A DNA stretch of 48,680 bases from Catajapyx aquilonaris (lineage: Eukaryota): positions 1 through 48,680 of the forward strand of contig JYFJ02002955.1 in NCBI GenBank assembly GCA_000934665.2, written 5' to 3'. Every line of letters begins with the position of its first letter. The first letter of the stretch is position 1. A model generated the notes under the pieces. That model did not search any database and was not told where the DNA came from. It worked only from the letters and a program-made list of their open reading frames with translations. Of this stretch, positions 12,670 through 26,900 are shown in pieces. Position numbers and translations under genes: made by a program.

Positions 12670-15600
12670 GTGATAAGGGGAGTTTCCAGACCCATACCAT
12701 GATGTAATGCATGGAAGTAAAGTCGACTTATAGAAGCCTCCTTTTAGGTGATGAAACTATCCAAAGTATGATCTTTCATGGAGGATCGATCCTGCGGGTC
12801 TCTCTTCGTTCATCTCCCAAAATTTTCTAGGGAAAAGCTGAATCAATGCGAATGTTTCCATAATGTAATCCGACGAGGAGTGTGGGTTGGATGGTGGGTG
12901 GGGGGGAGAGACGGACGGAATGTGCCGTCCGAAATTAATTTTCCGGCCCCCGGTTTTCTCCGGAGCGAAAGCGTCCGGAATATGGATGGGGAGGAAAATG
13001 GGCAACATCACAATGGGGGAGCTCCAAACCCACCTAACTCTTCATACAAGAAAAGCTTCACACTCAATATCCCCCCCCCCCTCCATCTACACTATTGGCC
13101 GACTAATTTAGTTCCGGAGTGTTCCGGACCGCAGCTCATTTGGACGGTCCCGGAAAAGGGGCTCTTATATGAAAGAGACAAAAACAAGGTCCTTTTTTGG
13201 GGGGGAAGGAACTTGGTCCAAATCGGATGGTCCCATCTTGCTTCTTTCTGTGCCCATCCAAGAATAGTTCCGTGGACCTAACCAGTAATACAGTTTTGGA
13301 CCAATTTTCCGAGTCGTTTTATTGGGTATTGGCCTGAATCACTTGTTCGATCTGTGGGAGGGACCTCTTTCTTCTCCAGCTAGCCCTCAGGGTTCAGAGA
13401 ACAAGAAAGAACTCTCTGGAGGTTCTTTTTTCACCAACTTCAAGATTCGACGTCATAACCTGGAAAAAGGACAGTTACAGAATCAGAACCAGTCGTTGGA
13501 GAAAAAAAAAATGTATTGTTTCCTCCATCAACCACATTGAACAATCACCATTTTACAAGAGCAATGTACGGGACTTTTCGCCCCCGGCATATTGGTCCTA
13601 GTGACAATTTCGCCCCCGGAGTATTCGCCCCCGTGACATATTCCACTTTGAAGCATTTATACAGTACATTCCAACATTAGCATGAATCGGTTCATCAGTG
13701 ATTTAGTCTGTCATTCAAAACCTTAGGGCAAAAAAAAAGTTGGGTTTATCCGACCAAAATTTTGCGTGCTGGTACTCAGACATCCTGTGCTGTCAAACAT
13801 CGAACAGCCTTATTGCATACTGAAAATTTTCTGCAAAAAAAGTGCAGGGCTGATACAGTGTTTCCGACCAAAAAAAAAAAGTTGAAGTATTGGGCTGCAC
13901 TTCCCTCCTCTCTGGTGACGCAATGCCTGACAGGTTATTATAACTTGATGACGATTGATGGTCCATGGTATGAAGGTCGCTTAATATTTTGGCCAAATAA
14001 CGAGACTCAGTTTATCAGAGTGTTTCTATATGTGGGTCATCTGAACAAAATGCAAAAAAAATTGCAAATGAAAGCCCAAAAATCAGAATGTATTTTTTTC
14101 CACATTTTTTTTGTGTGTAAAATTCAGCGTTAGGTGCAAAGTTTGGCATTTTGGAATAAGTGAAGAGCTGTGTACCGGAATAGCTCCAATCCTCCGGACA
14201 CACAGAATTTTCCGGAGGACCCTTGCCCACTCTCAGAGCACTCTCCGGATTTTCAAGACGGCCAAATAAGCCGCAGGAAATATAGCTGCTTCTATACCAT
14301 TATGTGTGGGAAAACGCAATGCTAATGGATACTGACACTTTCTGACAAGTTATTACAAAAATTTTCATATGTTCCACTTAACATTAACCAGTAAGCTTTA
14401 TTGACAATTCGATTGTAACATGTTGACAAAGAGTACGTCTGTTCCTGTTCGTGCTCAGTACTGTTGCATAACTTGTGCGGGTCACCATGGCTTTATTGTA
14501 ACGACGTGTCATGCGGCAACGCAATGCCCGTGAGGAAACCTATAAATCTGCCTGACAGTACTTAATCGGATTACCAATATGAGCTTCCCATTCCAAAGCC
14601 AAAAGCCCGATATGGAATATGAAAAAAGGAGAGAAAATAAAGTACAGTCTGCCAGATCGCGCCACCACCGCCTGTATTGAATACCGATACTCTAATAGCC
14701 TTACATGACCGAAGAGCAATCTGATCATATCGTAATCACTTCCCTACTGACGTAACATCCCAGAGATAAAGAGGTATCATATTTTTTTTGAGGGCCAAAC
14801 TTTTTATCCACGACGCTGGTTTCGATCACTCAGGTTGACCTCTGGAGACAATACGAGATGGTCAGGGGTTGACACGAAGTCAATCAGGCGGAACAATCCG
14901 GATTACATGTCCCTTTAGGCACCATGTGTTTCTTAAGGTTGCTTTTCCAACAATAATGGATTCACCTTGACATGTTGAGTGGCGTGGCTAAACTGTAGGT
15001 TTAAGCCAACATACCTCTTGGGGGTTAAAGTAGAGAACGTCCCATTTTTTTTACACACACTGTGCCTGAGAGAGATGTCCCCGGTTGAAAAATTCATGGC
15101 TGGAAATGTTGCGGGGAAGGCCTGAAACCAAGTCGTGGTCGCTTGATGATGAAGGTTCGCAGGCAGCCTATAGGAAGAAAGTGTCTGAGAGAAAGATAGA
15201 AAAGTGTAGTGGTGCATCTGGCAGCTTGAAAGTATTTTTCTGCCGCAATTCCCTCCAGCAGGAAAGGGGCTACTTCAAGGATTTAAGTGCAATAAAAGGA
15301 AGGGTAGGGGAAGCTTCCCCGGATTTTCTAACCGATTCTTCAATGTTGTTCAAATGGTGCCATCCACTTCCCCCCTCAAAAAAACAGCACATATATTTTA
15401 TCAGCTTTGGATATCCAATATCCGGATATTTTTTTTAAATCATGCATTTTTTTTGAGAGAGTGTTGATATGGAGGAGGAGGGTAGGTCATTTCCGAAAAG
15501 AGAGGTCAAGATGACATTGTGGCTGACTGATGTCATGGCTTTTTTTTCTGAAATGGTAGGCTATAAGTCTGTTGAAGGAGTAGGGGCATACTGCCCTAGT

Positions 15601-17232
15601 TTACATTTCAGATGAACAATCCACATCCTCACTGTTGAACTTGGCATGTGCACTACCCAGTATTTTAAACACAATAGCGGATATGGGAGCTGCTTCGCCT
15701 TCTTTATTGATACTTGGCTATGAGACGACCATCGATGTAGTATGGAGCTTAGATTATGTCGCATTATGGCCACAAAATGTCGCGTAACACTTTCGCACTC
15801 ATTGAAGTGCCTATTTTATCATATGAGAATAATTAGAAAGGACCTCCATTTATAGACCGTTTTTCAATTTAGAATTTGTTGGTCAATCTTAACCGATTTA
15901 TGCAGTGTGCGTGAAGAACAAAAATAGAAACGGGCATTATTTATCAGGTAGCGAATGGGTCATGCATACAAACGATGCAATCAGGTAGCTGAAAGCATGC
16001 GAATCTCTGCACAATACATATGAAGAGAGCACCATTATATGGGATTCAGTCTCTGTCCGCGGTAAGTCATCAGTAGTGTACAGAGATGCCGTCATCTATG
16101 AGAGCAGTGCTGCCAAGTTTTCGGTTGCAATAATACGTGTCGGAGTGCAAATCGCGTGACTTTTTTTTTTCGTCGCTAATTCCGACGAGGCCATAATCGC
16201 AAAGGGCTGTAAATCCATTCGCACATAAAATGCACCCAGGCTTATGGGCGACTCATCATCGGATAATAACCCAGATGATGATTGCCATTAAGACGAATGA
16301 CCCGCGAGAAGCTTCGGTCTCATTACGGTCAAGTGCCAGAATTATGTCATTACGTGGGGTTGTCACTTCTTCAGATTCTGGAAAAAACAGGCCTGGAAAT
16401 AACGGGTGGAGAGGTCTTATTAAAACAGCACTGAGCTAATGAAACGCTACCAATGAAATGGCAATTATGCAAATAGGTGTTTGAAAAGCCTATTAAAGTT
16501 GCCAGGGGGGGGGGGGGTGGAAGTGAATAAATGCAAATAGGCAGCAGGACCTTAGCTACAGCTGACGGGAACCGACCACTAAGGATTATACGAGAAGCCA
16601 GGGAATTATGCTGGTGGACTCAGCCTACCCTGATTATGCCTATCCGCAAAAGTTTGGACAAAACTTGACTCATATTTGCTAAAAATTGCTTAACGAAACT
16701 GGACAGTCTCTTTAGACATAACCTGATTGGCTACTGACCCAACCGGGTATTCCCCGTCCTGTATATTTTCCTTTTCTTCTATAACATTGCTCTGGCGTTT
16801 GGAAGATATATACGTTGTGTGTGTGTCTAAGGGTGGAAAAAAGGGGGGCATGGAGGCAGCGACACGTGCCGTGAAAGTAATTGTGTTTGAAAGCAAGGCA
16901 AGAGGCGGGACTCACGCTCCAATGGACTCCAGATTCGTCATCTTTTCGCGTCTTGTGTTGGGAGGCAGCGAAGCAAGATTGCTTGAGGGGGGGTACAGTA
17001 GAAAATGCCTCCAGCCGTGATTGATGGACCGGCTAAGGAATGCTCTATACAATCATCCATTTTTTTAACATCGTTCCTTGTAGCTTTGGCCCTGTGTGTC
17101 CATCAAGAGAAGAAAATTTTTGGAAAAGAAATTTTCCAGCAAAAATAATCACCAAAGGTGGAATAATTGATATATGATATGTAAAGCACCGGGAGGATTA
17201 CACAAAATGCGACACAAAATAGGCAAAATTAA

Positions 17233-17776
17233 TGATAGTTGAGAAGGAATTAGGTCGAATAAACAATTGCCGAGAGGACCACATGAAGGTAGGCCTAGCT
17301 AGGCCCAGCTCCGTAGGGTCCAGGCCTAGCTCCATGTGGTTCTCTTGGCAATTGTTTATTCGACCTATTTTCTTCTCACCTATAGGCTTAATTATTATTT
17401 ATTATTATTAAATAGGCTGAATCATTGATAGTTGAGAAGGAAATAGGTCGAATAAACAATTGCCGAGAGGACCACATGGAGCTAGGCCTAGCTAGGCCCA
17501 GCTCCGTATGGTCCAGGCCTAGCTCCATGTGGTGATCTTGGCAATTGTTTATTCGACCTATTTTCTTCTCACCTATAGGCTTAATTATTATTAATAATAA
17601 TTATTAATTATTATTAAATATGCTAAATAATTGATAGTTGAGAAAGAGACAGGTCGAATAAACAATTGCCGAGAGAACCACATGAAGCTAGGCCCAGCTC
17701 CGTGTGGTCCAGGCCTAGCTCCATGTGGTCCGCTCCGAAATTGTTTATTCGACCTATTTCCTTCTTAACTATCAAT
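17233..17776. repeat. Three tandem copies of a ~150-bp palindromic MITE-like unit (period ~200 bp)
   Basis: Each unit reads tgatagttgagaagga.taggtcgaataaacaattgcc...ggcaattgtttattcgacctatttt.ttctca. Starts at ~17233, 17425 and 17631, separated by ATT-rich spacers. Confidence 0.92.
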
Positions 17777-17927
17777 AATTTAACTTATTTTGTCTCGTAT
17801 TTTTGTGTAATCTTACTAGGCCTAGCTCAATGTGGTCCTCACCAAAACGGGCAATATTAATCTACATCTTTGGTATTTCCATGTTTTGTGATATGACATT
17901 GTCAGATTTTTCCTTTTCTTTCTTCAG

Positions 17928-18091
17928 GTTCTACTGGGACCTATGTATGCTTCTCCTTCTGGTGGCGAACCTGATAATCCTTCCGGTGGCCATCTCCTTC
18001 TTCAACGACGACCTCAGCACTCGCTGGATTGCCTTCAACTGCCTCTCCGACACCATCTTCCTCATCGACATCGTTGTCAACTTCAGAACGG
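17928..18091 (+). CDS. Ih: HCN/Ih channel coding exon (S1-S2), first exon found in window; gene is 5'-partial
   Basis: Translates (R)[55 protein letters not shown], typical HCN S1-S2. Polypyrimidine tract + cag| acceptor; donor G|gtaag. Confidence 0.96.
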
Positions 18092-21000
18092 GTAAGATGA
18101 CCTCTGACCTCTTTTTCTCCTCTAGCTTGATCAACACGTCGATAGATACAGGAAACATCTGCAACACTCAATCGAAGCTACCATTGATTCGGGTTAGGCT
18201 ACAGTGCCACAAGGTGTCTAAAAAAAAGGCAATATCTCCGGTTGCTTAGCTTTTTTTGGGGGGCCATACTGTAGAAGAGTGGACATTTCGCGGAAATTGG
18301 GAGCCATGCAAAAAAGAACCCCCCTCGTTTTTTTTCCTTGCCTCACTTCTTTTTTTTCTGATCCGGAGGGAGGTTCCTCCGGACGTTGTAAGCACTCCGG
18401 GAAGGAAGATTAGGTTCTGGGCTGGCAGCATCCGGGACTCCGGAATTGAAGCCCTTTTTCCCTTACCTCCCCAACCCATCCCCCATAGCGCAGCCCGCAA
18501 TTATTCTTCACTTTGTAGCCTACTGACAAGAACGCGTCAGATTCGCCAAAAAAAAATTGGGAACAAGAAAGTGGAGCGACGAAAGACGAACCAAAAAAAA
18601 ATGTATCGAAATTCCGCAAAAAAAAATTATGGATAATCTTCGATCATTTGTATAGGAATTTGCAATGTGTAGGGTGATACCAAAAGTGAGCATTTCCTGT
18701 CGGATTTAAACCATTTTGCGAATTTTTAACATCTCAGTTCGGCTTTATTTCGGAAATATGCTTAAGTTTTGAATTGCTATACGTAATAGGTATCATCCTG
18801 CACGCTATGCGACCCTAACCTAACCGAACAGTAGATTTTTTTTTGACATAATAATGGGAGATTTTCTTCTTAATCTGAAGTGATACAACAGGCCTTTCGT
18901 TTTTTCCTCTCAGCACCAGATGCATATGACGTCACATGTACAATTTCCTTTTTCAGGCCCCGTAAAAATTTTATTGGTTAGGTTTGGCATTTTTTGTTTG
19001 GGGCCTGCTTGCTCAGCACAATTGCTCACCGTCTGTTTTACTGTTGTTGTTGAGGTTGCCATTTTTATTGAAGTTGAAAAACGTGATGCAATCAAGGCTC
19101 ACCCTCAATGCCTCGTCATAGCAGATCTGGTATTTGTAAGCAATAAAATTCTTTGAAAAGTATAGTACCTTTCGTCACTCGCAGGTCGCAGCTACAGAAG
19201 GATACGAATAAAAAAAATTAATTGGCTATAGCTATGTAATAAAATAAAGTAGGACAATATGCGCTTTAAAAAAAAATTTAAGCGCTTAAAAATCCGCGTT
19301 TTTTTCATAATGTATTATAGTGGGATCGTTATCATCCGGGGGAAATCCTAAAGTATGGTTCATAATGTGTCTTTTTTTCAGCCTGTTAGGCTTAGGACTA
19401 GCAAGTTACCGGTATATTAATTATGGCGAGTACATGCTCCGTTTTTTAATTAAAAACTATCCGAGCCTGGTTTTTTTTTTTTTGGCACTAATCTTGCCTG
19501 TCGCCTTCCTCACGGGAGATGAAAACATGGCTGCCAATTTTCCGCTTTTTTTGGGTGGGTCCAACGGATATAAACGAGAACATTATTCGAAAAATTTTAA
19601 AACACCTTGAAGCCAAATGTGTAAGTACAGTATGTAGTCATTTTATTCCGGGGAATTAACAATTGATTGGTGTTATCAACATGAACGTTAAATATTGTAC
19701 AGCATGGTTAATGTCGAATTTTAAAGATTATTAGACTCCATAGTTACTCTGAACAGCATTTTTTTTTTTTTTTTGCAGAACTTGCCGATATTTTTGCCAG
19801 AAATTCGAAAAGTGTGTCAAAGAACCTGAGAAGAAAGGTGTGCCAAATTTTTTCCCTTCAAAAAAAAAAAATAAAGGGGGGGAGCACCTTATGGGCCAGA
19901 CTTATGAATCGAAGTTTCTTCGAGTTGAAAAGTGAGTGATTTGAAAGGAAGATATAATTGGGGAGGGAGGAAAAGATATAGGATCCATCTTCTGTTCCCC
20001 TCCCTCCCCCGCCCCCGTCGCCAACCCCCCCTTTTTTCTGATAGCAATCGACGATTTTACCCCTCCCTTATTCGCAGATATCGATTTCGCGAAGTGCTGG
20101 TGGGACCTTGCAGATTCGCCCTAAATTTTTGGACACACTTGCGAAAAAAAAATGTAGGATCCAAACCCACTTTTTTTTTGGTTTTACATGAAGTTGACCA
20201 AACTTTTGTTAATGAATTATGTTATGGTTATGTGTTTGATTATTATTGCAAATTGTTTGCGTTTTTCGAAGGAGATAAAAATCATTTTTGCATTTTGATA
20301 TTTGAATCAATTAACTTGTTGTACATTTTTCCAAGTGTGACTTTTTTGGTATACAACCCTATATAAAAAGCAATTATTTCTTGCAAAAAAAATCGCAAAA
20401 AAATTTGGAATAAAACGTAAACGCTCGCTTGCAATAAAAACTGCTGTGTGAACACACCATTGCTTCAGGAATGGATTGGAAAACAGCAGGGTGCAAAAAA
20501 ATATATATATATTTTTTGCGAAAGCAACCTTTGGCAGCTGGCTTTGAAAGGAGGAACTCCAAAGGCTGGCGAAATTCCCTTTGAGTCTGTGGCTGGACTT
20601 AGAGCTGATCGACTTACAAAGTGACACCGGAAATTGCTGTGGACCTAAGTCCAGACCAGGTCACATTTTAGGTGTGGTATATTATATACCTAACCTACGA
20701 CTTACTGTCTGTTGATTTCATTCGAGGGAATATTTTTTTTGCATATTGATCGCCAGCTCATTAGTTAAGGTGTCTTGCAAATATCGGCGGCTGGATTAAG
20801 GAAACTGGGGCATCCTTAACGATTTCGTTACACCGAAGATGATGGAATGAGAATCTCTGCTCCGTATTGAAGTAATCAGGTTAGCACGGATTTAATGGCG
20901 CTCTTTTATGAGCTAGGAATAAGCTCGTTAAATATTTTTTTAAATGAGTTTTTAGTGTATGCTGTACAGGGTGAGTCAGAATGTGTCCCCGGATAAGATG

Positions 21001-21913
21001 GATTTTCCCAGACCCAGCTTTTTTGTTTCCAGTGAGACCAAGTCTCTCCTGAGGGGTGGCCATCTGCTATAAATAGAACCGGGTGTAATTTGCAGAGTGG
21101 TCCTAAAGCCCTCGGTTTCCTGCGCCTACAGTAACATGTCGGCGTGTTTCTTAATAAAGACATTACTCTCCATTAGCTCCAGGCCGCCACCAACCAACCG
21201 CCACACATACTCGCTAAAAAAATGGCACTAACTCCAGCTCCCCGAGTAATGGACATTTGACATTTCGCAATTTTCACTGAATAAAGAACCTTCCACATAT
21301 GCGGCTCTGCCATCGTAAAAAAAAATACGTGCCAAGTACCCCGAATTGGACCAAAAAGCTGGTTGAAATGGTGTCCTAAATTCGGACTACTCAAATGACA
21401 TTTTTTAAAGGAGCATGGACATATTTATGCAAAAGGCATGAAATGCATAATGATCACATTTTAGATAATTTGCAGAAATTTTTCTGATTATTCTGCAATA
21501 TCCATTGATATACAACAGAGTTTCTTTTCACTTTTGCTGCACTTTTGCTGTCATTCGCTTCAGGGCTTCAGGTTCTGTGATATTCTCTGGGTGTTATTGC
21601 GGTTATTTAGTCCAGGCTCATCTCCATGTCTGGAGGGCGCGCTTCCTTGTTTTGCGGACCCAAAAACTTGTTCACGGGAGGGGGGGATATTTCCGCCGCA
21701 TTTTCCTGTGTTTTCGCATATATCCTCCGGGAGTGGCTAGACAAAATGGCAAGCTGCTCTCTGTACAACCGGCTGCAAAAAGCCGCGGCCAGATCATGAT
21801 AACACGAACTGCTGCGAAGCCCTGCATTATCTTCAAAATAGTGCCAGAAATTTATTTTGCAAAATCACACAAGTGATTTCTGTATGATTGTTAGAAACAA
21901 TTTTTTTGTGAGT

Positions 21914-22503
21914 TCTCATCGGAAAAGTTCTTATAGAACGGCTATGTCCGTCTGTCTGTGGACAGGTATCAGGGCCTAAACCGAATGAGATAGCGACAAA
22001 CGGTTTTCGGATTCGGATTCAGCATGACCAAAATAGGTTCCATGGTAAACCTACGGTGACCCACCACTTTCGGGTTTCCGGGTTCACTCTAGAGAGGCTC
22101 GAGAGGCTTATGTATGGTAGTCTCTGATTGACTGGAGTAATTTTGGAGTGTTTACGTGTCATATGGGGCCGCCATCTTGAATTGCTGTGAAAGCGGTATT
22201 CCGTGGTATTCTAAAACCGTTGACGTCACGATTGTAGTTCCAATGCTCTCGCACAATTTGGATGCAGCCAGAAGCCGTGACGTCAGAGCCAGCCACCATT
22301 TCCACGGTTTTAGAATTCCTCACAGAAATTCAAGATGGCGGCCCCATATGGCACATAAACACTCCATAAAAAGACTCCAGCTAATCAGAGACGACCTCCC
22401 ATATAATAAGTTGGCGACTCTCTTAACTTCAAGGATTTCTAATCGGGGGTTTTCAGCCTCATTTTCCGCTGCCTAATGAGAAAAAGTCTACTCGAATCAC
22501 GCT
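21914..22503 (+). mobile_element. DINE-1-like copy interrupted by a nested palindromic MITE (~22108-22410)
   Basis: tgtccgtctgtctgtggacagg...ttttcggattcggatt at the 5' side and aatgagaaaaagtctactcgaatcacgct at the 3' side. The insert has long arms (catatggggccgccatcttgaatt / aattcaagatggcggccccatatg). Confidence 0.6.
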
Positions 22504-23357
22504 CTTGGAGGCTCACTTGATCGCCCTAATAATAGTGGCACTAAAAATCAAAAGTTTTTTCACGGAAATTAGTAATGTAGCAGACCTCTCGAGCTACATC
22601 ACTATAATTTCCGCGAAAAACTTGTCTTTCAAGCTGTTTCAAAGGTAACTAAACTTGACACTTTTTAGTGTCACTATTTTTATGGTCAGATATTATTGAG
22701 AGGAAGGCTTGAAAACCCCCCATAAAATCGCGCAAATTTGACTATTCCTTAACTGAACTTTGCGGAAATGCGACGTCGTCATAACGGTTCCTGCTGAAAG
22801 AGCAGCTTAGCAATGCAAGGTCTCTCCCAAGCCGAGGCATAATAACTCCTAAGACCAAGTTGACACTCCGGGGATGGGGGACCCCGCTCTCTTATTTGAA
22901 GACGTAGTGTGTCAGAGGCTTGAGGACCAAAGTGCACCAATGTGGATTCCTCTTCTCCCTTGCATTCCCAAAGATATTGGAAAGGTAAGCTAGAGGAGAG
23001 CTGCATCTTCTTTCACTTTACACTTGGATCATCCCAGACCGATGGGAACCAAGAGGCACTGTCACATCCCACTTATTTAGTTTTCGGCCCAAACTACTGA
23101 AAAGGAAGATGGGTGGCTAGGAAAAGGGCTCCCCATCTTAAGGATTGATTCCTCAGGAGGAAGGGACAGGACTCAATAGACGCCGTCTTATCTGCACAAA
23201 TCCGAACATGATTTTGGTCGTCCGACCTTCAAGCTTCATTCTCAAGGACATTGATGCACTTCGCGTGACGGACACTAGCCTGACCACACGGGCTATATTG
23301 GTCAATTATAGTTGTCATATCAGCGGTTTCAATTTTGTAAAAAAATAACCAATTATA

Positions 23358-23608
23358 CAGGATGTTAATCCTAAGCGTGTCATCAGAAAAGGTGGTGGTA
23401 GAGTGCGCAGGTGTGAGCATTTTTGCATAAGGAACTAGGGATCGGAAACACACCCTCACCGAGTCTTGCACACTGCCTGCCGCAAACTTGAAAGGGGCGT
23501 AACTCGGTGAGGGTGCGTTTCCGACCCCTAGTTCCTTATGCAAAAATGCTCACACCTGCGCCCTCTACCACCACCTTTTCTGGTGACACGCTTAGGATTA
23601 ACACCCTG
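23358..23608. mobile_element. Tc1/mariner-type fold-back MITE with TA TSD
   Basis: TA|caggatgttaatcctaagcgtgtca...tgacacgcttaggattaacaccctg|TA; arms >100 bp, nearly perfect. Confidence 0.9.
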
Positions 23609-23917
23609 TATACAGGCAGTCGACTTACGTAAGTAGATATGCGTAAGTCGAATATTACGTAGGAGCAATTAAATTCCGAAACCACAACACTTGCGCCTGG
23701 TCCCTGGTCGCACTGCCTGCACATTTTAATAATTTTTCTCATCTCTCATAGTACGTATAAACGGGAAAATGTGCTGGTTCCTCGAGGCTCTCTCGCCTCA
23801 TTTCCCGGCTGCCCAATGAGAAAAGTCTACTCGAATCACATTCGCGTGATTTGCCAGTATTCGTTTAAAATGAATAAAATTCGTGACTAACAATATTTTA
23901 TCTCTGTGTCTCGACAG

Positions 23918-24054
23918 GTATCATGCAGCAAGACAACTCTGAGCAGGTGATCCTGGATCCGAAGATCATAGCCAGGCATTACCTGAAGACCTGGTTCTTC
24001 CTAGATCTCATCTCATCCATTCCCCTTGATTACATCTTCCTTATTTTTAATCAG
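23918..24054 (+). CDS. Ih: HCN/Ih coding exon (S2-S3 linker, S3)
   Basis: (G)[45 protein letters not shown]. Acceptor gacag|, donor CAG|gtgaga; phase matches the previous exon (G|GT). Confidence 0.96.
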
Positions 24055-25822
24055 GTGAGACGGGTAAGCTGTCTCCGTCTTCCCTACTCCTCTAGTATGT
24101 ATTCGGTGGGCAACTTTTCAGCTGGCCTTTTTGGAACGAGGGGACTTCTAGCTGGACGGCTGTCCACTCTTACATTGAGTAGTGGCCTCCAGGTTGGACA
24201 CCAACGCAGGAGGATGAGGGCCTGGAATTTTATGGAGGCTCCATGATTGGGTCCAGCCTGGGCCAATCCCCTACATGTGTAGAGTGTCACTCCCTCCAAG
24301 GGTAGAGAATTTAACAATTTAAAAAAAAAACCATTAAATTAATTTGGTTGCAATGTGTGTGACCCTTGGAGGAAGAAATAGGTGGACGTATCGTATCGTG
24401 ACAGTACGCTGCAGTGTTGTCCAAAAAGTGTTCAGAATATTAGTTACTTTTATTTTTTTTGAGTTTTTGTATGGGTATTTTTGTTGTACATATTTTCATT
24501 TTGCACGACTGGTATCTGGTCTCTATCTCTCTTTTAACCCTTTCAGAAACGATTTAAAAAAAAAAACCACTACACGACAAATGATTGGAAGTTTGTGCAC
24601 ATTTTCTTTGGATTTTAAATAGTTTGATTGCTTTTTGGAGAAAAAAATATCCAAGAAATTTTGAATGGGAATTTGTTTAATTTTTTTTGGATGGATACTG
24701 CTTCTTGGATTGTTACCGATTCGCTTGTCAACAAGCGCGTCCGCCAAAATTGTTCTTTTGCGTTGTGACATGTTATTGGTCATCTTCTGTCGATTGCCGT
24801 AGCGACAAGGAAAGATATCCTATGGAAATATTTTCCAGGTTATCCGGACATCTTTCTTTCTAATGCTAGGTGTTCATCTGAAGATGGTACCTCAGATGGC
24901 GAAACCTTGCTTTTGACACCAACCCAAACAATTGGATTGATTGGCTGAATGATCAACATGAAGGAATTATGTTAACGCCTTAGGATTCCTCCATATTGAT
25001 GCAAATAAGATGATCAATTCGCATAGTTTTGGCTTGGTAGATTTGAGAACAAGGTTTCCCCAAGTACATGAACTGAAAACATGGAACACAGTGCAATAAT
25101 AATTATTCATTATAATTCAACTTTAAAGAGCTGGTGCCAGAACTGAAAGTCTTGCTTCACATCACAGCTAAAGCAAGACGTCCAGTTTTTGACACCCTGC
25201 TCATCTTTATAGTTAAAACTGAGTCATATTTATAAAAAGGTACATGTTACGCACTTGAACATGAAATAGGGGAAAATGTTTTAAAAAGCCACAGCCCCGG
25301 AAAGGGTTAAAAGACCATATTGTCGAACTTTTGAGTCTGCCCTGGAATAAGTTGCGTCTTGTTTGAACCTAAGAACCTGAGCCATCTTGTTCTTAGAAAC
25401 AAACTGTGATGTTTGACCTCCCCAGGTTATTCCTCCTGACCCAGAAATGTCACTCATGGTCGTGGTCCAATAATGCACAGGTTAGGAGCACCTATGTATT
25501 ACGACCAGGCCGTCACACGACTGACTACAAAAAGAGCTCTCCCCACCAAGACGCAACTGCCTTCTAGTGAGGAGCGTGACAAAACAGATCTCACTGAGCA
25601 CACTCAAAAGCTCGGCATGGTCTTGCTCGGAATGGTTTATTCTAGTTGTTGTACTGTACATACTGTATATAAGTAGAAGGAGTGTTGTTATTGATGAGAT
25701 TGATTGGCATTTTTTGGCTGGGTTATGTGGCTTGAGTAGTTTGGGTGTTGGCGACAGAGCCGTGGGGATACAGTGCGTAACCTTGTGACGGTGATGCGTG
25801 CGATTGTATGTCTCCTCCGCAG

Positions 25823-25960
25823 GACTTTAGTGAGAGTTTCCAGATCCTTCACGCAGGCCGCGCCTTGCGGATCCTGCGTCTGGCCAAGCTGTTGAGCTTG
25901 GTGCGCCTTCTCAGGCTCTCCAGATTGGTGCGATACGTCAGCCAATGGGAGGAAGTCTAT
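25823..25960 (+). CDS. Ih: HCN/Ih coding exon (S4 voltage sensor)
   Basis: [47 protein letters not shown]4 with a basic residue about every third position. Acceptor cgcag|, donor |gtaagg; 138 nt, phase 0. Confidence 0.96.
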
Positions 25961-26303
25961 GTAAGGATACTTCCGCTCTTGCGCACTGCCGTGTAGTACT
26001 AGGCTCCTCCTATAGGCCTAAGTTTTCGTAGGTAAAGTACACATCTCTCTCTCTCTCTCTTTCTCTCTACTTGCTCTCTCCCCAAAATATCAAATCATTT
26101 ATTTGTTTTTAAAAGCAGAACTATATACAACCAAGTCTCTTTCTTTCTCGACTCTTTTCCTGGCTAAAAAGTACCCGCGGGTTGGTTTTTTCTCTCTCTC
26201 TCAATTCATAACAATTACATCATTGGGTGGGGGGTAGGAAAAAATATCTGTTTGGATATCCAAGCTGATTGTTAAGAAATTTCAATGAGCGAAATAGCCA
26301 TGA

Positions 26304-26900
26304 GATTCATATGGAGAATCTGTGATATTCATATGGAGAATCTGTGATATTCATATGGAGAATCTGTGATATTCATATGGAGAATCTGTGATATTCATAT
26401 GGAGAATCTGTGATATTCATATGGAGAATCTGTGATATTCATATGGAGAATCTGTGATATTCATATGGAGAATCTGTGATATTCATATGGAGAATCTATG
26501 ATTTTCATATGGAGAATCTGTGATATTCATATGGAGAACCTGTGATATCCTATGAAGAATCTATATCTATATGGAGAATCTGTGATATTCATATGGAGAA
26601 TCTGTGATTTCCTATGAAGAATCTATATCCATATGGAGAATCTATGATATCCTTATGGAGAATAGGTGATATTCCTATGGAGAATCTGTGATATTCTTAT
26701 GGAGAATCTGATATTCATATGGAGAACCTGTGATATCCTATGAAGAATCTATATCCATATGGAGAATCTATGATATTCATATGGAGAATCTATGATATCC
26801 AATGAAGAATCTATGATATCCTTATGGAGAATATGTGATATTCGTATGGATAATCTATGATATCCGTATAAAGATTGGTATGATATCCATAAGGAAAATC
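26304..26900. repeat. Minisatellite, 22-bp unit, degenerating toward the 3' end
   Basis: Unit atattcatatggagaatctgtg, perfect for the first ~8 copies, then increasingly variant. Confidence 0.97.

Noticed and set aside
1..17927. Expected upstream HCN exon (N-terminal HCN domain ending ...IHP.S.FR)
   Set aside because: Not found by eye or in the ORF track; it probably lies upstream of the window.
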